From an uncultured Ignavibacteriales bacterium (GTDB lineage: Bacteria > Zixibacteria > MSB-5A5 > GN15 > FEB-12), in NCBI GenBank assembly GCA_964627305.1, contig CAZVHP010000001.1:269792-333791 (forward strand): DNA of 64,000 bases. The letters are read 5' to 3'. Below are positions 21,001 to 28,845 of this stretch, piece by piece. The notes under the pieces were generated by a model. The model was not told where the DNA came from. It ran no database searches and saw nothing but the letters and a program-made list of their open reading frames with translations. A program made the position numbers and the translations under genes. How positions within the stretch are numbered: the stretch's first letter is position 1; the number at the start of each line of letters is the position of its first letter.

Positions 21001-21198
21001 TTCCTGATCCCAATGGCGGTCTCAGTGGCCTATGGCCTCATATTCGGCACATTCATTCTTCTGGTCATTCTGCCGGCGAGCTTCCTGGTCTTCAATGCCA
21101 TCCGAGTCAGGGTCAGCGAGCTGTTTACCGGCAAGCGGGTTTCATCAGAGGAGGTCGAACCCGCCGTACAGGAGCTTCAAACCATGGCGACGGATTAA
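18037..21198 (+). CDS. RND efflux permease (AcrB/CzcA superfamily)
   Basis: 1053-aa ORF with the two-fold repeated TM/periplasmic-loop layout of RND pumps. Its ATG overlaps the adaptor stop (CTGATG). Confidence 0.9.
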   Translation: MRRVTAFMIRYPVWVTVLLFGIVAFGLISLSQLRYSFFPEIEPDIIQVQVVYPGASPEEVAEGVVLKIEENIDGLEGVERITSVSRENMGTVTVEVLKGADIELVLADVKNAVDRINSFPVDAEKPVIFKQLFRTRSLSIVLFGKADLYNLKHIAEAFRDDLLADPGISQVSIEGLPALEISIEVSEERLRRYQLTFAEVARAVAAANVNISGGKFETVDEEILIRSWGRDYNAQGFLDIPVRGNADGTVVLLKDVADIHEKWEDNPSKRYYNGQPAVILNVDQTGNEDILAIAEKAKAVLAEFNDSHQSVQGVVLDDRTVPLTQRLELLIKNGLIGLLLIIIALGLFLNLRLSFWVAISIPFSFAGMFIIANFAGITVNVISLFGMIIVVGILVDDAIVVAENIYAQYEKGKPAFRAAIDGTMEVIAPVTTSVLTTAIAFMPFFFLDAMLGKFIWHMALVVIASLIFSLIEAFFILPSHLAHSRGLRSHTDDSGIRRRLDGLFRYLADNIYGPSLRFALRHKWITVVTPVALVMLTVGLIGGGLIGVTFFPFIDGDTVPINVSLTSGRQEADTDSLLARIETAVWEVGEQLKTERPDGRDVVLGVQRDIGSNDFGESGSHTGRLTVQLLDGEIRDMESVVIANRIREAVGPLPEANNITFGEVSRFGKPVSISLLSNNREQLEQARDMLLTELENFSSLKDVTTTDQEGRRELDIRLKPRAHALGLTLQDVVGQVRQGFFGQEIQRIQRGRDEIRVWVRYPDSDRAALGFLDRMRVRTPSGGEYPFSELATYTIDRGVTKISHLDRQREVKVEAAQANITDDLPPILNEIEFAVLPPILAQNPSVRYSFEGQSRSQAKIAASMRKAFPIALIGMFILVVLVFRSYAQAFMIFGLIPIGVLGAIWGHGIQGLQLNMLSLFGIIALSGIIINSSIVFIHQINHNLRDRMPVAEAVYAAGLARLRPIMLTTLTTALGLAPLILETSRQAQFLIPMAVSVAYGLIFGTFILLVILPASFLVFNAIRVRVSELFTGKRVSSEEVEPAVQELQTMATD

Positions 21199-21211
21199 GG
21201 AGGTGACCAAA

Positions 21212-22534
21212 GTGATTCGACATGCAGTGTTTCTGGTCATGATTCTCGTCGTTGGCAGCTACGCCGACGCGACGTCCGCGCAGCTCCTGACCGTCGAGGA
21301 GGCTATCCGCGTCGGTTTGAAGAACAACTATGCCATACAGATTGCCCGGAACGCTGCTGAGAGCGCCGGCAAGCAGCGGGCACTCGGAAGGGCCGAGTTC
21401 ATGCCGACAGTGGATGCCAACGCCGGCTACAATCTGAGCAGCGAGGACGTGGAAACGAACAGCCCGTTCTCTTTCGGCAACTCTGACGCCGAGAACTGGT
21501 CAGCCTCGGCGGCGCTCAACTGGACTGTCTTCGATGGCTTCCGCATGTTCGCCGAAAGGAGCCGCTTCGAAAACCTGGCTCGGCTTGGCGAGACTCAGGC
21601 GCGGCAAACCATTGAGAACGCCGTTGTCGCCATCATGCGCGCTTACTTCAATGTCGTGCAGCAGGAGCAGTTGCTGCATGTATTCAGGCAGTCGCGCGAC
21701 ATTTCGAAGACGCGTCTGGAAAAGGAAGAGCTTCGCAGCGAACTTGGCGGGGCATCATCCACCGATCTGCTCAACGCCCGCGTGGCCTTCAATGCGGATC
21801 AGGCCGCGTTCCTGACGCAGCAACTCCAGGTAACCATTGCCCGCGAGAATCTCAATACACTGCTGGGACGGGAGCCCGGTGTCGATTTCGAAGTTACGCC
21901 AGAGTTCGAGGTGCCGGCACTCGAACGCGATGTAGATCAGATTCTCCGACAGGCCGAGTATCGCAACACTGCCCTCGCAGCAGCCGCCCATCAGAAAGCC
22001 ATCGCCGAGAAACAGGTAACGACCGCAAGCTCCCGGTTTCTGCCGAAGGTGTCACTGAATGCCTCGGCCAGCTATACGGATCGTACCGTCGCGTCCGACC
22101 GGGAAGACTTCACGAATGATATCACTACTCAGACCACGACCTACGGAGTGGGGCTGCAGTTGTCCTTGAATGTTTTCAACGGCTTCCGCGATGGTGTTGC
22201 CGTTCAGCAGGCACGGATCGAAGCTAACAATCGCACCCTGGCCCTGCGCGATGCCCACAACCAGCTCGCCGGACAGGTGAGCCAGGCGATCAAGACCTTC
22301 CGACAGCGGTTGGAGCTGGTCGAACTCGAGACACAGAACGTCGAAGCCGCTCAACGCAACCTTGAACTCATGCAGGATCGGTACCGCCTCGGATCTGCTA
22401 CCTCGCTTGAGTTTCGTGATGCTCAGGTTAGCCTGAACCGTGCCCTCAACGCGCTGATTGTCGCCCGCTATCAGGCGCGGATCAGCCGCCTTGAGCTGGA
22501 CCGACTGACCGGCGATATTCGGATCGAACACTGA
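21212..22534 (+). CDS. TolC-family outer-membrane efflux protein
   Basis: Signal peptide VIRHAVFLVMILVVGSYADA and two OEP-type repeats. AAGGAGG lies 8 nt upstream of GTG 21212; the track start 21032 overlaps the pump gene. Confidence 0.85.
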   Translation: MIRHAVFLVMILVVGSYADATSAQLLTVEEAIRVGLKNNYAIQIARNAAESAGKQRALGRAEFMPTVDANAGYNLSSEDVETNSPFSFGNSDAENWSASAALNWTVFDGFRMFAERSRFENLARLGETQARQTIENAVVAIMRAYFNVVQQEQLLHVFRQSRDISKTRLEKEELRSELGGASSTDLLNARVAFNADQAAFLTQQLQVTIARENLNTLLGREPGVDFEVTPEFEVPALERDVDQILRQAEYRNTALAAAAHQKAIAEKQVTTASSRFLPKVSLNASASYTDRTVASDREDFTNDITTQTTTYGVGLQLSLNVFNGFRDGVAVQQARIEANNRTLALRDAHNQLAGQVSQAIKTFRQRLELVELETQNVEAAQRNLELMQDRYRLGSATSLEFRDAQVSLNRALNALIVARYQARISRLELDRLTGDIRIEH

Positions 22535-22651
22535 TGCCATCCGCATGAATCCGTCTTGGCGTCACCGCAGGTGTGTCCGCAGGACTGAGTTCACACGGAT
22601 GTGGGCTGCATACAATAGGGAGAGGTGGGCACCGGCGAGACGAGAGGCTGC

Positions 22652-24415
22652 TTACATCTTGAGCTGTTTACGGGCGAGTTCGCCATACAACGCAGATCGC
22701 TCCAGCAATTGCTCATGCGTGCCCTGATCGACAATCGTCCCCCTGTCCATTACGATGATCCTGTCAGCGTCGCGAACCGTAGCCAGCCGGTGGGCAATGA
22801 TGATCGATGTCTTTCCCTTAAGTGCCTTGTCGAGCGCCTGCTGAATCAATTCTTCGCTGCGCGTGTCCAGCGATGATGTGGCCTCGTCCAGCAGCATGAT
22901 GGGCGGATCCTTCAGTATGGCCCGCGCCAGGCACACTCGCTGACGTTCCCCACCAGAGAGAGTCACCCCGCGCTCGCCAACTTCGGTCTGGTATCCATCG
23001 GGCAAAGATGCAATGAAATCATGGATGTTCGCGATTCTGGCAGCTCGAATGATCCGGTCCAGGTCGGCATCAGGATCGCCATAGGCGATGTTCTCCCGCA
23101 GCGATGCCTTGAACAGCAGCGGCTCCTGATCGACCAGCCCAATCTTAGATCGCAGATCTTTCACCAGCACTCGTCTGACATCAACGCCGTCTATAAGAAT
23201 GCAACCCCGGTGAGGATCAAAGAAACGCAGGATCAGGTTGATGACCGTTGTCTTGCCGGCCCCGGATGGTCCGACAATGGCAACCCGTTCGCCCGGCGCG
23301 ATTGACAGCGACACATCCCTAAGCCTGAAGCCGTTGTCGTCATACGCAAACGACACTCCTTCAAACACGATATGGCCGCGCACATGTTTGAGGTGCATCG
23401 GGTTCTCATCCTCGGCCACCGCCGGCCCAATGTCAAGATACTCAAAAATGCGATGTACCGAGGCCATCGCAATTTCTACGTCGACATTGATCTGCGCCAG
23501 ATCCTGGATCGGCGAATAGAGATAGCCGACGAGAATGTAGAACGCCAGCAGAGTCCCCAGCAGCACGGTATCGCCGGCCACCAGATAGGCGCCCCAGGCC
23601 AGTACTGCAATCGGTGCCAGCATCGTCACGAACTGCACCAGGTTGATTGCCAGCGACGTGAAGACACTGTTTCTAATGTACAGTCCGGTCAGGGATTTCA
23701 GGACACCGTCGGTAGTCTCTTTCTCGCGACGCTCCTGTGCAAACGCCCGGATCGTCCGAATGGCCGAGAACGACTGCTGGTAGCGCCCGGACAACCGTGC
23801 GATCGTCTCCTGCAGCGCCCGGCTTATCCGATGCAGCGACAGCCCGAAGCGATTGGAGAGGAAGATCGTAATCGGCACCGGGATGAGTACTATCAACGTC
23901 CACTTCCAATTCCACACGAGAAGAACCGTAAGGACACCCGCAACCAGCAGGACGTTCATGACAAACATCAACAGCGTCGATGACAGCAGTTGCTGAACGC
24001 GCTGCACGTCCGAGAGCAGCCGTGACATTATTTCCCCGACCTGATTCCTTTGAAAGAAGCGCAGCGGCACATTGGTAAGATGATCGAACAACTCGCTGCG
24101 CATATCCGCGATGATACTCGCCCCTACCCGACCGGCCAGGTAGTCGCGCACCACGGAGAGCCCCAGATTAGCGAGATAGATTCCGGCCAGAAAAGCGCCG
24201 TAGTAAACCACCGGCGTGGCATTCGGGTTGCCCCCTGATTCTCGCTGCTCGGCCAGATCGGGAATGAGATCATCGATCAGGTACTTCAGGGCCAGCGGCA
24301 TGGCAATCGTGACGACCGTCAAAGCGATCATCGTGGCGAACAGCAACAATTCCAGTTTCCAGTAGGGCCTGAGATAGTACCAGAGCCGCCTACGCGTTTT
24401 GGCGTCGGGTATCAT
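22652..24415 (-). CDS. ABC exporter, fused permease/ATPase (MsbA-like half transporter); no N-terminal peptidase domain
   Basis: Six-TM domain followed by Walker A GPSGAGKTT, signature LSGGERQR and Walker B IMLLDEATS. Start set at ATG 24415 (GGGAG upstream), overlapping the preceding gene by 26 nt. Confidence 0.9.
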   Translation of the reverse strand: MIPDAKTRRRLWYYLRPYWKLELLLFATMIALTVVTIAMPLALKYLIDDLIPDLAEQRESGGNPNATPVVYYGAFLAGIYLANLGLSVVRDYLAGRVGASIIADMRSELFDHLTNVPLRFFQRNQVGEIMSRLLSDVQRVQQLLSSTLLMFVMNVLLVAGVLTVLLVWNWKWTLIVLIPVPITIFLSNRFGLSLHRISRALQETIARLSGRYQQSFSAIRTIRAFAQERREKETTDGVLKSLTGLYIRNSVFTSLAINLVQFVTMLAPIAVLAWGAYLVAGDTVLLGTLLAFYILVGYLYSPIQDLAQINVDVEIAMASVHRIFEYLDIGPAVAEDENPMHLKHVRGHIVFEGVSFAYDDNGFRLRDVSLSIAPGERVAIVGPSGAGKTTVINLILRFFDPHRGCILIDGVDVRRVLVKDLRSKIGLVDQEPLLFKASLRENIAYGDPDADLDRIIRAARIANIHDFIASLPDGYQTEVGERGVTLSGGERQRVCLARAILKDPPIMLLDEATSSLDTRSEELIQQALDKALKGKTSIIIAHRLATVRDADRIIVMDRGTIVDQGTHEQLLERSALYGELARKQLKM

Positions 24416-25823
24416 CCAGCCACTCCCGGAAGTAGTTGCGGGCCGCAAATGCTCTTGCCTCCGGCGCCAGGGCCGTCCGCATTCGTTCCAGCCGCTCGTT
24501 CATCATGCTTTCCCACAGACGAACACCATCCCCGCTGAGGTCCCGCGAGGGGACCACCTGCATGCTTGCTTCGTACTGGTCGGCTGCATCTTTCCACCAG
24601 TCACCAGAGTTGAACTCCGCACCGAACTGTGACTGATACCACTCTCGCTGGTCGTCCACGGCGCATCCCGGAAAGTGCATGTAGCCATGAGGCGCCCATA
24701 TCAGATACGAGGGCGACTCCTCCAGCTCTCGATCCATGAACGCAAAGGTCTCATCCAGCGTCTGCCGCGTTTCACCCGGATGATTGAATATCACATTGGC
24801 TCGATGCATTATGCGATGCCTGGTTAGAAGACGGCTGACATGCCGAAACTGCTGCAGATAGCGCTCCGGGTGACGAGTCTTGTTCATGAGTCGGAGCATA
24901 TCCAGAGAGCCGCTCTCCAGCCCAAACTGAACCTCCACCTTCAGGTCCGCAAGCATGGCGATATCTCTCTCATCAAGATACTCCGGGCGCGTTTCGAAGA
25001 CAATCCAATAGTCATCTCCGCGCTCGCATAGCTTGCGAAGGAACTCCCTGCGCCACGACGGTCTCATGCCAAAGCAGGCATCGGCGATTGCGATTGAGTG
25101 AGGCGTCAAGAAGTCGTACAGGCGTTCCATTTCATCGAGGGCGGCAGCGACCGTGTACGACCGCCAGCGTCGGTCCTTGGTCGGCTCCATGCAGAACGAG
25201 CAGGCAAACGGGCATCCCCGCGAGAGATACAGGCACGGCCCCTTGATGCCCTCCGGTACATGTTCCCGAACGAAATCGGCCAACAGGTCCCACCGATAGG
25301 GAACGAAATGCTCTTCGCCGACTGCCGCTCCCCGGATCACCCGCGTTGCATTCGGTCGCCCCTCCCGGGCGTGTCGCTCGGCCACGTGTTCCAGCGCCAG
25401 CTCACCCTCGCCGCAGACCACAAAATCAAACAGCCCGCTGCCGTTGTCAAATTCGTTTGGCCGGGCTGTGACGTGGTATCCGCCGACGACTATGAGTTTC
25501 TCAGGGAACAGATCCCGACAAATCCGAGCCACAGACAGCGTCGCACGATACGACAGCGATGTCCAGCAGGAAATCGCCAGAATATCAAACTCGTGCGATA
25601 GAAGAAAGCGCCGAACGTGTCGCTCATAGCGGCGGATTTGCGTGGGGCTGTTGGGGCGTCCGATCTGCTGCTCGAAATCGGCATATGACACCCCGAAGCG
25701 CCGGCTCAGGTACGATGCCAGCCAGACCAGCGACGTCTTGAGTTCCGCCCGCTCCATCCACGGTGGGTAGAAAAAGCAGGACGGATGAAGTAAGAGAATG
25801 TGCGGCGTCTTACCGCTGGTCAT
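24390..25823 (-). CDS. B12-binding-domain radical SAM enzyme
   Basis: N-terminal Rossmann-like B12-type domain (ILLLHP...ILAISCWTS...LIVVGGYHVT) followed by YLSRGCPFACSFC (CxxxCxxC). ATG 25823 overlaps the upstream gene stop by 14 nt. Confidence 0.8.
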   Translation of the reverse strand: MTSGKTPHILLLHPSCFFYPPWMERAELKTSLVWLASYLSRRFGVSYADFEQQIGRPNSPTQIRRYERHVRRFLLSHEFDILAISCWTSLSYRATLSVARICRDLFPEKLIVVGGYHVTARPNEFDNGSGLFDFVVCGEGELALEHVAERHAREGRPNATRVIRGAAVGEEHFVPYRWDLLADFVREHVPEGIKGPCLYLSRGCPFACSFCMEPTKDRRWRSYTVAAALDEMERLYDFLTPHSIAIADACFGMRPSWRREFLRKLCERGDDYWIVFETRPEYLDERDIAMLADLKVEVQFGLESGSLDMLRLMNKTRHPERYLQQFRHVSRLLTRHRIMHRANVIFNHPGETRQTLDETFAFMDRELEESPSYLIWAPHGYMHFPGCAVDDQREWYQSQFGAEFNSGDWWKDAADQYEASMQVVPSRDLSGDGVRLWESMMNERLERMRTALAPEARAFAARNYFREWLDDTRRQNA

Positions 25824-26925
25824 CAGGTACGACCACCCGTTCGTGCTCGGCCCTGAACGGTGCCAGAAGTTCGGCCATCTGTTCAGTGATGGTCGGCTCG
25901 ATCCCGCGCTTCCGTTCAATCTGGTAAATGCAGTACGGGTTGTTAGCCCGTTCGCCCGAAGCTGACACCGAGGTCGTCATACAGCCACCCCTGCACAGCG
26001 GCAGGAACTGACAATCGCGGCACTCACCAGAGGCTGTGTCGCGCGTGAACTTACGATTGTACAGGAACCTGGTCGGGTCGTTCCATATCCTGGTGAACGA
26101 TGATTCCCGAATATTGCCCTCGACGAACTCCGGTTGCTGCGACAGACAACCCTTCACATCCCCGTTTGAGCAGATCCCGGCCACGCGCGTGCCGGCATAG
26201 CATCCCAAGTACGGCACATCATCCAGCAGCTTGCTGCCCTTGCAGCCGTAATAGCCGATATTCTCGCCGACATCGATCGGGACCCGTCCGTCTCTCTTGA
26301 GTTCCATGATCTTGTCGATCATCCGTTCGAACAACTCAAGATCCATCACCATGTCCTTCTGCATCCGCCCGGTGACAGTCGTCATCTGGATCCGCCATTC
26401 GCTGGCGCCGACATCAACAAGGTCCTTGTAGATGTGATCGAGGTCGTCAATGTTGACCCGTGAAACCTGCGTGACAGCCTCGAACCGCTGCCCGGCTGCG
26501 CGCAAGTGCCGCATCGCATTGAGTGCTCGCTCGTAGCTTGACTTGTGCTGACGGATATAGTTGTGCACATCGCGGCTGCCGTCGAAACTGACCCCGATAT
26601 TGCCGAAGCCAATGTCCACGAACTGCCGGGCGATGTCCTCAGTCACCATGTAGCCGTTCGTGATCAGAAAAGTGCCTATCCCGCGCTCTTTGCTGCGACG
26701 CGCCAGCACCGGCCAGTCCTTCCGCATCAGCGGTTCCCCGCCGGACAGTGTTAACCCCCGGCAGCCAAGATCCGCCAACTCATCGATCAGTGCCAGCGAC
26801 TCCTCTGTCGTCAGTTCATCACTGCGCGGAACACCGGCAGAAGTCCCGCAATGGATACAACGCATATTGCAGGCATAGGTGATCTCCCATACGACTTGTT
26901 CTGGGAAGAACTTGAACTCACTCAT
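25810..26925 (-). CDS. Radical SAM/SPASM-domain enzyme (no N-terminal extension)
   Basis: CxxxCxxC at residues 19-26 (YACNMRCIHC). C-terminal SPASM-type Cys pattern GCYAGTRVAGICSNGDVKGC ... CRDCQFLPLCRGGC. Its SD GGAAAGGAG lies inside the last codons of the upstream gene. Confidence 0.85.
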   Translation of the reverse strand: MSEFKFFPEQVVWEITYACNMRCIHCGTSAGVPRSDELTTEESLALIDELADLGCRGLTLSGGEPLMRKDWPVLARRSKERGIGTFLITNGYMVTEDIARQFVDIGFGNIGVSFDGSRDVHNYIRQHKSSYERALNAMRHLRAAGQRFEAVTQVSRVNIDDLDHIYKDLVDVGASEWRIQMTTVTGRMQKDMVMDLELFERMIDKIMELKRDGRVPIDVGENIGYYGCKGSKLLDDVPYLGCYAGTRVAGICSNGDVKGCLSQQPEFVEGNIRESSFTRIWNDPTRFLYNRKFTRDTASGECRDCQFLPLCRGGCMTTSVSASGERANNPYCIYQIERKRGIEPTITEQMAELLAPFRAEHERVVVPDDQR

Positions 26926-26928
26926 CTG

Positions 26929-28308
26929 TTACTCCTTTCCGGCGGTTCGCACTTCGGAGGCCTGTTGCGCCTGTTGACGACGCTGCATCTCCTGCTGTCG
27001 CGAAACCGCGATAATTTCCAGCATCGGCTGCAGGTTGTGCTTCCAACCCTCGCACATCTGCTCATCGGACAGCCCTCGGTCCACCCGACGGGCCGGACAG
27101 CCCCCCATGCAGACAGGAAGGACACTGCACTCAAGGCATCGACTGTCTTCAAAGGGGGTATATTCAAAAAGCCGCGTGAAATTCGGATGCAGCAAGTTGA
27201 TTTCATCCATAATCGTTCCCGAGGCTTTGCTCTGATCACCGACATCATTCCAGCAGCGGTAAAGCCACCCCTCGGGATCGACAAGAAACGCGTTGACCGT
27301 CTGCGTCATGCAGAACGTCGAAATCGGCGAGGGGAGTTTCTGGATCACGAAACCCCGCTGGAGCAGTTCATGGTAGTACTGCACCTCAATCTGGGAGAAA
27401 TCCGCCACCTCATAGCAGGCCTCAGCGATATTCGAGCAGACCTGTGACGCCGCCTCTACCATGCCGAAATACACCCCCACTTTGTCCCGCAGCCCCGCTT
27501 CCACAAGCTCGTCGAGCAACTCGCTGATGTCATCGACGGTAAACGACTTGTCGACATTTACACGAACCCCGATCTGCATCTTCCGTTCAACGGCCGCCTG
27601 TACGTTGACGATAATGCGATCAAAGCTGTCACCGCCGTTTCGCAACGGACGCTTCGTATTGTGAAGCCGCGCCGGGCCGTCCAGAGTCACCTGCGCGCTG
27701 AAGACTCGAAGCCCCATCAGTCTGTCCACTGTCTCCGGGGTCAGCAGGTAACCGTTGGTGACAATCGATGAGCTGTAGTCAAATTTGTACTCCTGTCCAA
27801 GATCGAGAAAAGACTCCGTGAGATCCTCGATCACGTCCAGAGCCAGCAGCGGCTCCCCGCCGTACCAGCCAACATCGAGCGCTCCGATTTGTCTTGCCTG
27901 CTTTTCAACAAACTCTATGACGGCCTCGATGACTTTCGGAGACATCTTCGTGGCAGTGTGTTTCTCAAAACAATAGGTACAGGCCATGTTGCAGGCCATT
28001 GTCGGTGCTATGACCAGGCCCAGCCCCGTGCGATTGAATCGGCTGAGGTTATGAGCCAGTTTGAGCCTGGTGATCTCGTCCACATCACCAGTGTGCACGA
28101 AACACCCATACTCGAGCTGCTTCAGTAATTCGCTTTCCGATTCGGTCAGCTCAGGTGAAGGATTCCGCTCGAGCTTGGCTGCCAACTGCTGATACACCTC
28201 CAGGTTCTCCTGTGTCATCAGCGCCACCGCGCCGGATAGGGCATTGTAGGCGAGGACATAACCATCCTGCCACGGGTGGAAATGGTTGTATCGAGATATC
28301 TTAGGCAT
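26929..28308 (-). CDS. Radical SAM/SPASM peptide maturase with about 100-residue N-terminal (RRE-position) extension
   Basis: CxxxCxxC at Cys106/110/113 (MACNMACTYC). N-terminal YNALSGAVALMT segment as in AslB/sactisynthase-type enzymes. C-terminal CLECSVLPVCMGGCPARR SPASM motif. Confidence 0.85.
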   Translation of the reverse strand: MPKISRYNHFHPWQDGYVLAYNALSGAVALMTQENLEVYQQLAAKLERNPSPELTESESELLKQLEYGCFVHTGDVDEITRLKLAHNLSRFNRTGLGLVIAPTMACNMACTYCFEKHTATKMSPKVIEAVIEFVEKQARQIGALDVGWYGGEPLLALDVIEDLTESFLDLGQEYKFDYSSSIVTNGYLLTPETVDRLMGLRVFSAQVTLDGPARLHNTKRPLRNGGDSFDRIIVNVQAAVERKMQIGVRVNVDKSFTVDDISELLDELVEAGLRDKVGVYFGMVEAASQVCSNIAEACYEVADFSQIEVQYYHELLQRGFVIQKLPSPISTFCMTQTVNAFLVDPEGWLYRCWNDVGDQSKASGTIMDEINLLHPNFTRLFEYTPFEDSRCLECSVLPVCMGGCPARRVDRGLSDEQMCEGWKHNLQPMLEIIAVSRQQEMQRRQQAQQASEVRTAGKE

Positions 28309-28456
28309 GATAAGTATCCATGGTGCGAACTTCGAGACGAGGGTTACCAGTGTCTTTGCGCCGGCTCTCCGTCTGTTACGTGGTCCTTGCTATCTCCTGC
28401 CGGCCGATCAGCATCTCTCAGGGAAGTCGTTGTGACACGACAACCGAAGAACTGGC

Positions 28457-28483
28457 TCGCGCCGTGCGAGGGCCACGGCGCGA
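28457..28483 (-). terminator. Perfect 10-bp GC-rich hairpin between precursor gene and first maturase (partial terminator / mRNA-stabilising element)
   Basis: TCGCGCCGTG-CGAGGGC-CACGGCGCGA, starting 20 nt after the precursor stop. On the mRNA it is followed by GCCAGUUCUUCGGUUGUCGUGU, which is U-enriched but not a clean U-tract. Confidence 0.55.
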
Positions 28484-28503
28484 ACCATAGTCTCTGCAAT
28501 CGC

Positions 28504-28626
28504 TTAGATCTCGACCGGATCAATACCGTACAACGGCTTAATCCCGCAGTAGGTCGAGCACTTCAGTCTGCAGTCGCCGGTAACCGACTGACGCAGCGTG
28601 TTCTGCGGATCGATCAAATAGATCAT
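28504..28626 (-). CDS. 40-aa Cys-x3-Cys-x3-Cys peptide, candidate RiPP precursor (not in the ORF track)
   Basis: ATG 28626 preceded by GGGAGGTG plus a 6-nt spacer. Translation is MIYLIDPQNTLRQSVTGDCRLKCSTYCGIKPLYGIDPVEI with stop TAA at 28504-28506. 31 of 40 codons end in G/C, like the neighbouring genes. It is the first gene of the rSAM operon. Confidence 0.8.
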   Translation of the reverse strand: MIYLIDPQNTLRQSVTGDCRLKCSTYCGIKPLYGIDPVEI

Positions 28627-28845
28627 TCAATTCACCTCCCTTCGATCATTCCGCGGTTCACTCCTGTGCCTTACCCGTCCGTATTTCCATTCTGGCGGCA
28701 AGGCTCACCTCGTGGCACGTAGCACCACATAGCTATGAGTACGGGACGGCCCGCAGGGGACCTCCCGGCTATTAAGATTCGACCGGTTCATACTTCCAGA
28801 TGATAGCAGTTTCAAAGATGTTATTCTAACTCTCGATTATCTGGT

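Noticed and set aside
28276-28722. 148-aa + strand ORF from the track covering the spacer upstream of the first rSAM gene
   Set aside because: It is antisense to the SD-led 40-codon precursor gene and to the hairpin. It has no SD and an Arg/Ser/Pro-rich composition typical of shadow ORFs in GC-rich DNA. The minus-strand reading explains the region better.
28687-28746. 19-codon ORF (MWCYVPRGEPCRQNGNTDG) inside the precursor 5' UTR
   Set aside because: It has no SD and sits within predicted hairpins. Cys content alone is not enough.
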